64,000 bases of DNA from Vicinamibacterales bacterium (lineage in GTDB: Bacteria > Acidobacteriota > Vicinamibacteria > Vicinamibacterales > 2-12-FULL-66-21): positions 1,749 to 65,748 of the forward strand of contig DATJIW010000054.1 of the NCBI GenBank assembly GCA_035492775.1, given 5' to 3'. A program made the translations under genes and the position numbers. This document shows positions 33,427 through 42,347 of this stretch, one piece after another. Within the stretch, counting starts at the first letter, position 1. Every line of letters begins with the position of its first letter. Below the pieces are notes generated by a model. That model was not told the DNA's origin. It did not search any database and saw nothing but the letters and a program-made list of their open reading frames with translations.

Positions 33427-34674
33427 TCAGGCGACGAAACCGACCGGCGCGCCCGGCGTGAATCCGGGAAAGATCTGCGTCGTATCGCGCACGCCGAGGT
33501 GTCCGCGGACGATATCCGCGAACACGGCGCGGAAATCGGTCGTCACCGCGAGGTCGCGGCCCTCGTACCGCTGTCCAGGTTCGAGGCCCGGCCATCGGCC
33601 GTAGACGCGGCCGCCCCGCACGTTACCGCCGCCGACGATCATCATCGCGTTGCCGTGGCCGTGGTCCGTTCCGCGGTTGCCGTTCTCGGCCACAGCACGT
33701 CCGAACTCGCTCATCGTGACAATCACCACATCGTCCATGCGGTCGCCGAGATCGCGTGCGAGCGCGGCAATCGCGCGCGAGAAGTCATCGAGACGCCCGG
33801 CGAGCTGGCCCGCGCCGGCGCCCTGATTCACGTGGGTGTCCCATCCACCGGCCTCCGCGAATGCGATTTCGAGACCGACGTCGGCCTTCACGAGCTGAGC
33901 GATCTGACGCAGTGCCTCGCCGAACGCGGAGCGTGGATATTCGGCGTTGTGTTCCGGCTGGTACTTCGTCGGATCCGCCGATTTGAGCATACGGACCGCA
34001 TCGAACGCCTCGCCGCCCGTACGGCTCAGCACCTGGTCGGCGGCCGCGGCATACTCGGACTCGAACGAGGCCTGCACCATGTCGGTCCCCTGACCGGCGC
34101 GGATCCCGAACTGGGCGATCTGGTTCATCGCGAGCGCCGGCTCCGTACCCTGCAGCGAGCGCGGCAATTGTGCCGCGAGCGCGACAGCGCGGAAAGGCGT
34201 CGCGTTGGCGTGTTCCCTGGCGTGCAGGCACCGGTTGAGCCATCCGTCCTGCGTGCTCTTGACCCCGGGCGTGGCGCTCTCCATGTAGTCCTGCGCGTCG
34301 AAATGCGACCGCGTCCCGTCCGGAGAGCCGCACGCATGAACAATCGCGAGCTGATGCGAGTCCCACAGCGGCTTCAACGCTGCCATCCTGGGGTGCAGGC
34401 CGAAGAAGCCGTCGAGATCCACCGCTCCCTCGGCTTCGTTCGGACGCGGGATCGCGATGCTCGGGCGCGACGCGTAGTAATCCCGCTCACCGAATGGCAC
34501 GATCATGTTCAGCCCGTCGACCGCTCCACGCTGGAAGATCGCGACGAGCACTTTGCGCCGCGCCGGCGACGCCGCTTCGATCGTGCGCGAGAGGAACTGC
34601 GGCACGAACCCGAGGCTCACGAGCGCCATACCGCCGTTCTTCAGGAACACGCGCCGTGAAATCATGGCCGTCAT
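33427..34674 (-). CDS. DUF1501 family protein (sulfatase-fold), Tat signal
   Basis: Twin-arginine N-terminus MISRRVFLKNGGMALVSLG; TMSEFGRAVAENGNRGTDHGHGN motif. Overlaps the DUF1800 stop. Confidence 0.85.
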   Translation of the reverse strand: MTAMISRRVFLKNGGMALVSLGFVPQFLSRTIEAASPARRKVLVAIFQRGAVDGLNMIVPFGERDYYASRPSIAIPRPNEAEGAVDLDGFFGLHPRMAALKPLWDSHQLAIVHACGSPDGTRSHFDAQDYMESATPGVKSTQDGWLNRCLHAREHANATPFRAVALAAQLPRSLQGTEPALAMNQIAQFGIRAGQGTDMVQASFESEYAAAADQVLSRTGGEAFDAVRMLKSADPTKYQPEHNAEYPRSAFGEALRQIAQLVKADVGLEIAFAEAGGWDTHVNQGAGAGQLAGRLDDFSRAIAALARDLGDRMDDVVIVTMSEFGRAVAENGNRGTDHGHGNAMMIVGGGNVRGGRVYGRWPGLEPGQRYEGRDLAVTTDFRAVFADIVRGHLGVRDTTQIFPGFTPGAPVGFVA

Positions 34675-36335
34675 CTCCGTTGGAATTCAGGCGATCCGAG
34701 GATGAGCGCAGCCGCCTGCCTGGGGTCCTGCGCCTTCGCAACCGTCTCTGACGTCGCGGTCGAGAGATCGGCAGCCAGGACGCCGCCGACCAGTTGATCC
34801 CGCGCGGCCGCCGCGGAGTCGAGGGCCAGGCCGGATGGTTCGATCCCGCGTATGCGGCCGCCCACGAGTTGCACAGCGAAATTCATCCGGTTCAACAGCG
34901 CGCCGGTGTTCACCCAGGCATCCGCGCGATCCGCGTAGCCCGTGGGCGGCTGGCACATGTACAGCGGTTCGCCGAGCTGTCGAATCGACTGCGCGAGCGG
35001 CGCGGCGTTTTGCACGTCGCTGCCGGTGGCGCGCACCGTCGAGACGACGAATTCGAACGGGGTCTTGACCTTAGCGCGGTACGTCCCCGCTGCGAAGAAC
35101 TCAGGCGATGTGATGATGGTCCTGACGACTTCCCGGATGTCGCCGTCGGTCTCCCGGAATCGAGCCGCCGCCCGATCGACGAGCTCCGCGGGCGGATCGT
35201 CCGAGACGAATTTCCGTACGAGCTTGGTCGCGATGAAATGTGCCGTCGCCGGATGGCGGGCGAGGATATCCAGCACTTGTTCGCCATCGTGCTCTCCGCC
35301 GCCCGAAATCACGTGTCCGAGCACCAGCTTCCTGCCGTTGTCATGGATGCGCGGCTCGAACACGAAGCCGCCGCCCTGCCGCGGCTGCCGGATGGTCCAG
35401 CCGGTAAAGCACCGCGCGACCTCAACGACGTCCTGCTGCGTGTATCCGCCGTCGACGCCAAGCGTGTGGAGCTCCATCAATTCGCGTCCGTAGTTTTCGT
35501 TCAGGCCGCGCTTCTGTCGAGGCTGCTGCCCGGCCTCCCCGGAAGCCGCCGGGAAGGGCTCCGGCCGACGTGCCGTTCCCGCCGCACGCCGCATGGCCGC
35601 GCGCTGGCGCAGCCGCTCGCCGAGCGCAGGCGCATCGGGATCGGCGCTCTGCCAGTTGTCGAGGTAAAAGAGCATCGCCGGGCTCTTTGCGGTTGCGCCG
35701 AGCAGATCCCGGAACTTGCCGAGCACGTGCGGACGGATGACCTCGCGTTCGTACTCGGTGAGATAGATCGGCGTCGCCCCCTTTCCCGCAAACACATTGA
35801 AGTGGTTGAACCAGAAATCGGTCATCACTTCTTCGAGCTGACGGTCGCTGTAAACGGCACGCAGGATCTTCTGCTCGCTGAGCTCCTGCAGCACCTGCCG
35901 CTCTTTCTGTCCCGCTGCCATCTGCTCCGGCGTGCGCATCGGCTTGCCGTCCTCCGGATCTGAAGCGGCGTTCGCGGCCTTCGCCTGCCGCCGCGCGCGC
36001 ATGGCCGGCTCGAAGTAGTGTTCCGCGATGTCGCGCGACGACTTATCGAGGGTTTCGAAGCCGGCGAGTCGCGGCTCGAGTGCGGAATCGGAAATGCGGT
36101 CAGGTCGGAGTTGCTGCTCGATGTAGTTGCGAAGGCCGATCTGACGCACCCGCTCGACGTCGCCAGTGCGGGCGCCGAACCCGATCCTGTTCAGCACGTG
36201 GGTGATGGTTCGGTCGTCCGGGTTCGGCGGGACAGCAGACTTCGGCTTGTCGGCGGCCAGGGGGGCGACGACGACAGCCGCCGTCAGAAGCGCGGGAGCG
36301 GCGCGCCGGAATGCCGGCGCGATAAGTGACTTCAT
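34671..36335 (-). CDS. DUF1800 family protein
   Basis: HVLNRIGFGARTGDVERV...NYIEQQL N-terminal signature. Classic DUF1800-DUF1501 gene pair. Start trimmed to MKSLIAPAF (ATG 36333-36335). Confidence 0.85.
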   Translation of the reverse strand: MKSLIAPAFRRAAPALLTAAVVVAPLAADKPKSAVPPNPDDRTITHVLNRIGFGARTGDVERVRQIGLRNYIEQQLRPDRISDSALEPRLAGFETLDKSSRDIAEHYFEPAMRARRQAKAANAASDPEDGKPMRTPEQMAAGQKERQVLQELSEQKILRAVYSDRQLEEVMTDFWFNHFNVFAGKGATPIYLTEYEREVIRPHVLGKFRDLLGATAKSPAMLFYLDNWQSADPDAPALGERLRQRAAMRRAAGTARRPEPFPAASGEAGQQPRQKRGLNENYGRELMELHTLGVDGGYTQQDVVEVARCFTGWTIRQPRQGGGFVFEPRIHDNGRKLVLGHVISGGGEHDGEQVLDILARHPATAHFIATKLVRKFVSDDPPAELVDRAAARFRETDGDIREVVRTIITSPEFFAAGTYRAKVKTPFEFVVSTVRATGSDVQNAAPLAQSIRQLGEPLYMCQPPTGYADRADAWVNTGALLNRMNFAVQLVGGRIRGIEPSGLALDSAAAARDQLVGGVLAADLSTATSETVAKAQDPRQAAALILGSPEFQRR

Positions 36336-36395
36336 GGATGACCTCTGATCGACCCCTGCCAATTAGACCGGAGGACGGCCCGAGGCGTTTAACCG

Positions 36396-37973
36396 TCAGC
36401 GGTGCTTGAGGATTTCCCTCGCAGCGTTTTGTCCCGACCCGCCGGTCAGGCCATTTCCCGGGTGGGTGCCGGATCCGCACAGATAAAGCTTGTGGATCGG
36501 CGTCCGGTGCTGGGCCCAGCCGAGCGTCGGCCGCATCGTAAACAACTGATCGAGTGCGAGTTCTCCGTGGAAGATGTGTCCACCACTCAGACCGTAGCTG
36601 TGCTGCAAATCGGCGGGCGTGATCACCTGCTGGTGCTCCACGAGCGCGGTAATCCCCGGCGCGTACGCCTCGAGCGTGCGGAGCACGATGGACGCCAGCG
36701 TTCCCCGCTTGGATTCCCAGGTCGTGCCGTCGCGGAGCGTGAACGGCGCGTATTGCATGTACACGGACATCACGTGCCGTCCGGCAGGTGCCATCGACGG
36801 ATCCGTCAGCGTCGGGAACGAGACATCCAGATACGGCTGCTCCGAGATTTCACCGTACTTCGATGCGTCGAATGCGCGCTCCAGATAGTCGATGCCCGGA
36901 CCGACGTGCACCCGCCCGCGCAATGTCGCGGCAGCGTCCACGTCGCCGAGGCCTCTGAACGAGGGGAGCGCTGACAGCGCGATGTTCAGTTTGGCCGCCG
37001 TCCCCGGAACGCGGTAATTGCGAATGCGGGTGAGAAACCCCGGCTCCAGCTCGATCGGATCGATGAGTCCGAGGAACGTCTGCTTCGGATCCACGCCCGA
37101 CACGACGACCGTAGCGGGAATCTCGGTGCCATCGGACAGTACGACGCCTGCGACCGCGCCGTCGCGGATGTCGATCCGGGCGACGTCGACGCCGGTACGG
37201 ATTTCGGCGCCGGCCTCGCGCGCCGCTTCGGCCATCGCGTGCGTCACAGCGCCCGGCCCGCCGACGGCCGTCACGCTCGACCCGCCGGGCTGCGGATCGT
37301 TGGCAGCCGCCAGCAGCAGCACGGCACCACTCCCGGCGGACCACGGTCCCATGAAGGTGCCGAAGATGCCGGGCGCCGCGATCGTCGCGCGCACGATATC
37401 GGTCTCGAACCACTCGCCAACGAGATCGGCGGCCGCCATCGGCCCCCACCGGAGAAGCGCGAAACTCTCGCGGCGTCCGAGCGCGCGGAACCTTCGTCCC
37501 GTCTTCAGCAGCTCCCACAGCTCTCCCTTCGACGGCGCGTCGACCGATGGAGGGATCATCTCGAGCAGTTCGCGGAGGAAACCGCCGACCTTGGCCAGCG
37601 ATGCGCAGAACTCCGGAAATTTCGCCGCGTCCTTCGACGAGAACGCGACGATGTTACGCGCGGTCCTGGGCGCATCGGCCGTCATCAACAGCGCGCGGCC
37701 GTCTTCGGCAAAGGCCACGATGCGCGGATCGGGATGCACGAACGTGACGCCGCGCCGTTCCAGCTGCATGTCGCGGACGATCGACGGCCGGATCGGTCCG
37801 AGTGTGTGGGCGAGTGTCGCCGCGCGATACCCCGGCGCGAACTCCTCGCTCGTCGCACACCCGCCGACGATCGGCCTCCGCTCGAGGACGAGCGGTTTGC
37901 GTCCCGCCCTGGCGAGATAGAAAGCGGTGACGAGGCCGTTGTGGCCACCGCCGATGATCACTGAATCGTGCAT
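36396..37973 (-). CDS. Phytoene-desaturase-like NAD(P)/FAD-dependent oxidoreductase (CrtI/COG1233 family), paralog 1
   Basis: MHDSVIIGGGHNGLVTAFYLARAG FAD motif; C-terminal LYLCGSGTHPGNGLTGGSG. Confidence 0.85.
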   Translation of the reverse strand: MHDSVIIGGGHNGLVTAFYLARAGRKPLVLERRPIVGGCATSEEFAPGYRAATLAHTLGPIRPSIVRDMQLERRGVTFVHPDPRIVAFAEDGRALLMTADAPRTARNIVAFSSKDAAKFPEFCASLAKVGGFLRELLEMIPPSVDAPSKGELWELLKTGRRFRALGRRESFALLRWGPMAAADLVGEWFETDIVRATIAAPGIFGTFMGPWSAGSGAVLLLAAANDPQPGGSSVTAVGGPGAVTHAMAEAAREAGAEIRTGVDVARIDIRDGAVAGVVLSDGTEIPATVVVSGVDPKQTFLGLIDPIELEPGFLTRIRNYRVPGTAAKLNIALSALPSFRGLGDVDAAATLRGRVHVGPGIDYLERAFDASKYGEISEQPYLDVSFPTLTDPSMAPAGRHVMSVYMQYAPFTLRDGTTWESKRGTLASIVLRTLEAYAPGITALVEHQQVITPADLQHSYGLSGGHIFHGELALDQLFTMRPTLGWAQHRTPIHKLYLCGSGTHPGNGLTGGSGQNAAREILKHR

Positions 37974-37997
37974 AAGCTCCAGCTGTTCGATGTCCGA

Positions 37998-39572
37998 CTA
38001 CTTCGTTTCCTTCAATATCCTCATCGCCGCGTTGCGTCCGGGCGCTCCCATGATGCCGCCTCCGGGATGCGTGGCCGAGCCGCACATGTAAAGATTTTTT
38101 ACCGGCGTCCTGTACTGCGCCCACCCTGGCGCCGGACGGAGGAAGAACAGCTGCTCGAGCGTCAGCTCTCCCTGGAAGATGTTGCCTTCGCTCAGTCCCC
38201 ACTCGCGCTCGAGATCCAGCGGCGTCACGACCTGCCGGTGAAGGATGAGGTCCTTGATGTTCGGCGCGTACTGCGCAAGCGTGTTGACGACGGTGTCGCC
38301 GAACGCCTCCTTTTGATCGTCCCAGGTGCCCTCTTTCAGGTGATAGGGCGCGTATTGGACGAAGCAGGAGACGACGTGCTTGCCGGGCGGCGCGACGGAC
38401 GGATCGGTGAGACTCGGGATCACCATGTCGATGTACGGACGTCGCGAGAACCGTCCATATTTCGCATCGTCGTAGGCACGCTCCATGTACTCGACGCTCG
38501 GCGAGATCGAGATCGCGCCTCGAAGATGCGGTCCCTCTCCAGGCAGGCACGTGAAGTCCGGCAGCGCGTCGAGCGCCATGTTGACCTTGCCCGATGACCC
38601 GCGGAACTTGTAGCGGCGCACGTCGTCCATGAAGTCGGCCGGCAGGTGTTCCTCGCCGATCATCCTGTCGAACGTCTGACGCGGGTCCAGGCTGGACGCG
38701 ATCACGTTTGCCGTGAAGTAGTCGCCGTTGTCCAGTACGACGCCCACGGCCGTCGCTTCCTTGACCAGAATCTTCGAGACGGCTGTTTCCTTGCGAATCT
38801 CGACGCCTGCTTCGACCGCCGCCGCCGCGATGGCGTTGGAGATCGCGCCGGTGCCGCCCCGCGACAGCCCCCACGACCGGAAGGCGCCATCGATCTCTCC
38901 CATGTAGTGGTGCAGGAGCACGTAGGCGGTGCCAGGCGAACGGACGCCGAGAAACGTTCCGATGATGCCCGAGGCGGACATCGTCGCCTTGAGCACGTCG
39001 GTCTCGAACCACTGGTCGAGAAAGTCGACGGCGCTCATCGTCATGAGCTGGACCTGGTTGTATTTGTCCTGGTCCGAGAGCGACTGAAACCGGCGGCCGA
39101 GGAAGAGCAGATCCATGAGACCCCGAGGATCCAGCGACGTCGGGTCGGGTGGCGTCATGTTCAGAATCGGCTTGACGAAGCGTCCCATTTCGACCATCGA
39201 CTTGCCGTATTCCTCGTACGCCTCCGCGTCGACCCGCGAGTGCCTCGCGATCTCGCGCCGAGTCTTGGCGTGGTCGTTGACGCGCCACAGATAGTCCCCG
39301 CTGGGCATCGGTGTGAACGTGCCGTCGAGCGGGAGGATTTCAAGGCCGTGTCGAGGCAGGTCGAGCTCCCGGATGATTTCCGGCCGCAGCAGCGAGACGA
39401 CGTAGGAACAGACGGAATACTTGAATCCCGGAAAGATCTCTTCCGTGACGGCCGCGCCCCCCAGCACGTGACGGCGCTCGAGCACGAGCACCTTCCTCTT
39501 CGCGCGAGCCAGGTACGCTGCGGTGACGAGACCGTTGTGGCCGCCGCCGATGACGATTGCGTCGAAATGCAT
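37998..39572 (-). CDS. Phytoene-desaturase-like NAD(P)/FAD-dependent oxidoreductase (CrtI/COG1233 family), paralog 2
   Basis: Start trimmed to MHFDAIVIGGGHNGLVTAAYLARA (ATG 39570-39572). C-terminal LYMCGSATHPGGGIMGAPG. The upstream part of the track ORF reads through the heptamer repeat. Confidence 0.85.
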   Translation of the reverse strand: MHFDAIVIGGGHNGLVTAAYLARAKRKVLVLERRHVLGGAAVTEEIFPGFKYSVCSYVVSLLRPEIIRELDLPRHGLEILPLDGTFTPMPSGDYLWRVNDHAKTRREIARHSRVDAEAYEEYGKSMVEMGRFVKPILNMTPPDPTSLDPRGLMDLLFLGRRFQSLSDQDKYNQVQLMTMSAVDFLDQWFETDVLKATMSASGIIGTFLGVRSPGTAYVLLHHYMGEIDGAFRSWGLSRGGTGAISNAIAAAAVEAGVEIRKETAVSKILVKEATAVGVVLDNGDYFTANVIASSLDPRQTFDRMIGEEHLPADFMDDVRRYKFRGSSGKVNMALDALPDFTCLPGEGPHLRGAISISPSVEYMERAYDDAKYGRFSRRPYIDMVIPSLTDPSVAPPGKHVVSCFVQYAPYHLKEGTWDDQKEAFGDTVVNTLAQYAPNIKDLILHRQVVTPLDLEREWGLSEGNIFQGELTLEQLFFLRPAPGWAQYRTPVKNLYMCGSATHPGGGIMGAPGRNAAMRILKETK

Positions 39573-39575
39573 AGT

Positions 39576-39694
39576 CGAATGCCGATGAGCGATGGCCGAT
39601 GAGCGATGAGCGATAGCCGATGAGCGATACCCGATGAGCGATACCCGATGAACGATGGTCGATGTCCGATACCCGATGACCGATGCCGAATGTC
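39576..39694. repeat. Tandem heptanucleotide repeat, 17 units of CGATNNN (dominant unit CGATGAG)
   Basis: Units counted directly: CGAATGC, CGATGAG, CGATGGC, CGATGAG, CGATGAG, CGATAGC, CGATGAG, CGATACC, CGATGAG, CGATACC, CGATGAA, CGATGGT, CGATGTC, CGATACC, CGATGAC, CGATGCC, GAATGTC. The repeat starts 4 nt upstream of the crtI-like start codon. Confidence 0.9.
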
Positions 39695-39840
39695 CGGACT
39701 GCGGAGAACCGCACACGCGGACGGACTGTCCCGACTGTGGTGATTTTAACGGGTCGACGAGAGGCCGGCGGAGCGGGTCTGGTTGCCGAGCAGCAGCACG
39801 TGCACGAAGAGGTGAGCCGCCGGGCGCATGGACGGGTCAT

Positions 39841-39846
39841 TATAAT
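39841..39846 (+). promoter_or_regulatory. Perfect TATAAT box 6 nt upstream of the GcvT-like ATG (predicts a leaderless mRNA)
   Basis: The sequence reads GGGTCATTATAATGCACCCATGCCG. No SD is possible in the 6-nt gap, and no good -35 box was seen. Confidence 0.4.
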
Positions 39847-39852
39847 GCACCC

Positions 39853-41052
39853 ATGCCGATTGGAACCGCCGTCCACGACCGTACGTTCGCGCTCTGCGAA
39901 AGCCTGAATTACCGCGAGTGGTCCGGCTATTACGCCGTCAGCGCGTACGAAAGCCACCACGAGCACGAGTACAACGCCATCCGGAACGCGTCGGCGCTCA
40001 TCGACGTTTCACCGCTGTTCAAATACCTGGTCACAGGGCCCGACGCCCCACGGCTGGTCGATCGGCTGATCACGCGCGACGTCGCGAAGATGGCGGTCGG
40101 CCAGGTGTTCTACACGCCGTGGTGCGACGAACACGGCAAGGTCATCGATGACGGGACGGTGTCGAGGCTCGAGGAGCAGACGTTCCGATGGACCGCGGCT
40201 GACCCGAGCCTTCGCTGGTTCCGGCAGAACGCCGAGGGGCTTCGCGTCCAGATCGAAGACATCTCCGAACAGGTCGCGGCGCTGGCGCTGCAGGGACCGA
40301 CGTCGGCGCGGCTGCTTCGCGCCGTCGCGCATGCCGAGATCGAAAAGCTGAAGTACTTTCGCGTGACGAGCGGCACGATCGGCGGCGTCCGCGTCGACAT
40401 TTCGCGGACCGGTTACACGGGCGATCTGGGATATGAGATCTGGATTCCGGCCGAACACGCGGTCCGGGTCTGGGACGCGCTCATGACTGCCGGCCGGCCG
40501 TACGATATCAAGCCGGCGGGAATGCTCGCGCTCGACGTGGCGCGCATCGAGGCGGGACTGCTCCTCATCGAAGTCGATTTCTTCAGCAGCCGGAAAGCGA
40601 TGATCCCGGCGCAGATGTATTCACCGTACGAGATGGGTCTGGGACGCCTCGTGGATCTCGACAAGGGACGGTTCATCGGTCAGCAGGCGCTGCGCGCCGA
40701 ACACGTCCGGGGTCCCCTGCGGCAGATCGTGGGCCTCGAAGTGGACTGGAACGAGGTCGAGCGCCTCTACGACAGCATTGGCCTTCCGCCCACCGTTGCT
40801 GCGACGGCTTCACGAGTCGCAGTTCCCGTATACCGGAACGGACGCCAGGTCGGCCGCGCGACCTCGACCACGTGGTCGCCCGTACTGAAGCGCATGATCG
40901 CCCTCGCGACGATCGATCGGCCGCATTACGCCGACGGCACGGAGCTCCAGATGGAAATGACGGTCGAGGCGACGCGACACAAGGTCGGCGCGAGAGTGGT
41001 CAGGACGCCGTTCTTCAATCCGCCACGCAAGACGAAGCTGGTCAGTTGGTGA
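39853..41052 (+). CDS. Aminomethyltransferase (GcvT/DmdA) family folate-binding protein
   Basis: 399 aa from MPIGTAVHDRT. NASALIDVSPLFKYLVTGPDA, ISRTGYTGDLGYEIW and KGRFIGQQAL motifs of the GcvT family. Confidence 0.85.
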   Translation: MPIGTAVHDRTFALCESLNYREWSGYYAVSAYESHHEHEYNAIRNASALIDVSPLFKYLVTGPDAPRLVDRLITRDVAKMAVGQVFYTPWCDEHGKVIDDGTVSRLEEQTFRWTAADPSLRWFRQNAEGLRVQIEDISEQVAALALQGPTSARLLRAVAHAEIEKLKYFRVTSGTIGGVRVDISRTGYTGDLGYEIWIPAEHAVRVWDALMTAGRPYDIKPAGMLALDVARIEAGLLLIEVDFFSSRKAMIPAQMYSPYEMGLGRLVDLDKGRFIGQQALRAEHVRGPLRQIVGLEVDWNEVERLYDSIGLPPTVAATASRVAVPVYRNGRQVGRATSTTWSPVLKRMIALATIDRPHYADGTELQMEMTVEATRHKVGARVVRTPFFNPPRKTKLVSW

Positions 41053-41187
41053 GACTGGTGAATTGATTTCGTCGGGCAACAGGTTTCGCGTTACCGATGA
41101 ATTCGAAGTCTACGGCCTGTCGTGGGTGATGGGAATCGGATGGACGGTCGTCCTGATTTGGTCCGCGACGGCGCTCGGCACGGGCGT

Positions 41188-42324
41188 CTACCGCGCGCCG
41201 CTTTCATGAAAGGCCACGATGAACCGATCGAACGCGTAGAGGAGATCTTCGCGATTCGAATACGGACCCGGCACATATGCGCGTGAGCTGATGCCGGCCT
41301 GCGACAGCTCGCAGACATGCCAGTCCTGACGGTTCGTCAGGTCCCAGAACTCCACGCAGTCCGACGGGTTGAAATCGGCCCGCGCGAGCTCGGACGGCTG
41401 AAAGTGCCACTCACAGACGTTGATCGTCCGGTCGACGGCGATCGGCCACAGCGAGTGCACCATCATGTAGTCCGGATGCAGGCTCAGGAGCATGTTGGGG
41501 AAGATCGCGTAGTAATACACCCGGCGGCGATCTTCGGGCGACAATCCTGGCAGGAACTCGCGGCTGCAGGTGCCATCCCACGTGAGTGTCTGCACGCCCG
41601 GGCGCAGGTCCATGCGCCCGCCCATGTAGGTTGGACGCAGCGGTTCGTTTTCGCCGCTCAGATAGTGCGAGAGCTTGTTGAGCGCCGGGTGCAGATTCGG
41701 GCAGTGCAGGCACTCGTTGTAGTTCTGGATAATCAGCTTCCAGTTCGCCTTCACGTCGTAGACGATACGTTTGCCGAGGCGGAGGTCCTGCATGCGCCAG
41801 TCGCGGAATTTGTCGACGAGCGGCCCGAGTTGTGCCGTGAGCGGTTCCGGACCGGATGAGAGATTCAGGAACACGTGACCGTCCCACTCGTCGGCGTGAA
41901 CGCCGAGCAGGGGGTAGTCGCGCTTGCTGAAGTGCGGTACTTCGTCCATGTGCGGCGCGCCGATCAGACGACCGTCGAAATCGTACGTCCACGAGTGGTA
42001 GGGGCACTGAATGCTCCCGGGAAACTGCCCGGTGGCTTCCGTGCACAGCTGCGTTCCGCGATGCCTGCACACGTTGTGAAACGCCTGCACCCGTCCGGAC
42101 TGGCTGCGCGTGACGATGACGTTGTAGCCGTTCAACTGCCGGAGCACGAATTGCCCCGCGCGCGCGACTTCCTCCGACCGTCCGGCGCAGAACCACATGC
42201 GTCCGAACAGACCATCGAGTTCACGCTGGAACAATGCCGGATCCGCGTAGTACCGCGCCGGCAGCGTCCTCGCGGTGTCCGGCATGACGTCGCGGGGCTT
42301 GACGGCAATCGTGGTGTCGTCCAT
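41188..42324 (-). CDS. Rieske [2Fe-2S] non-heme-iron oxygenase alpha subunit (GbcA/CntA-like)
   Basis: Rieske motif CRHRGTQLC...CPYHSWTY; mononuclear-iron region NYNECLHCPNLHP. The start could be ATG 42324 or the TTG at 42339 given in the track. Confidence 0.85.
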   Translation of the reverse strand: MDDTTIAVKPRDVMPDTARTLPARYYADPALFQRELDGLFGRMWFCAGRSEEVARAGQFVLRQLNGYNVIVTRSQSGRVQAFHNVCRHRGTQLCTEATGQFPGSIQCPYHSWTYDFDGRLIGAPHMDEVPHFSKRDYPLLGVHADEWDGHVFLNLSSGPEPLTAQLGPLVDKFRDWRMQDLRLGKRIVYDVKANWKLIIQNYNECLHCPNLHPALNKLSHYLSGENEPLRPTYMGGRMDLRPGVQTLTWDGTCSREFLPGLSPEDRRRVYYYAIFPNMLLSLHPDYMMVHSLWPIAVDRTINVCEWHFQPSELARADFNPSDCVEFWDLTNRQDWHVCELSQAGISSRAYVPGPYSNREDLLYAFDRFIVAFHESGAR

Positions 42325-42347
42325 GTGGTCATGATACAACCCTGCAC

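Noticed and set aside
39573-39716. N-terminal extension of the CrtI-like protein through the heptamer repeat (…VIGYRTSTIVHRVSLIGYRSSAIAHRSSAIAHRHST)
   Set aside because: The paralogue immediately downstream starts directly at the FAD-binding motif (MHDSVIIGGGHNG). This protein has the same motif right after the internal ATG (MHFDAIVIGGGHNG). The repeat has a 7-bp DNA periodicity rather than a codon-based one.
39655-39852. Cys-rich N-terminal extension of the GcvT-like ORF (…ECPDCGEPHTRTDCPDCGD…) as a possible zinc-ribbon
   Set aside because: It starts inside the heptamer repeat. A perfect TATAAT sits 6 nt before the internal ATG, and GcvT-family proteins of about 400 aa match the trimmed start. 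It cannot be fully excluded without data.
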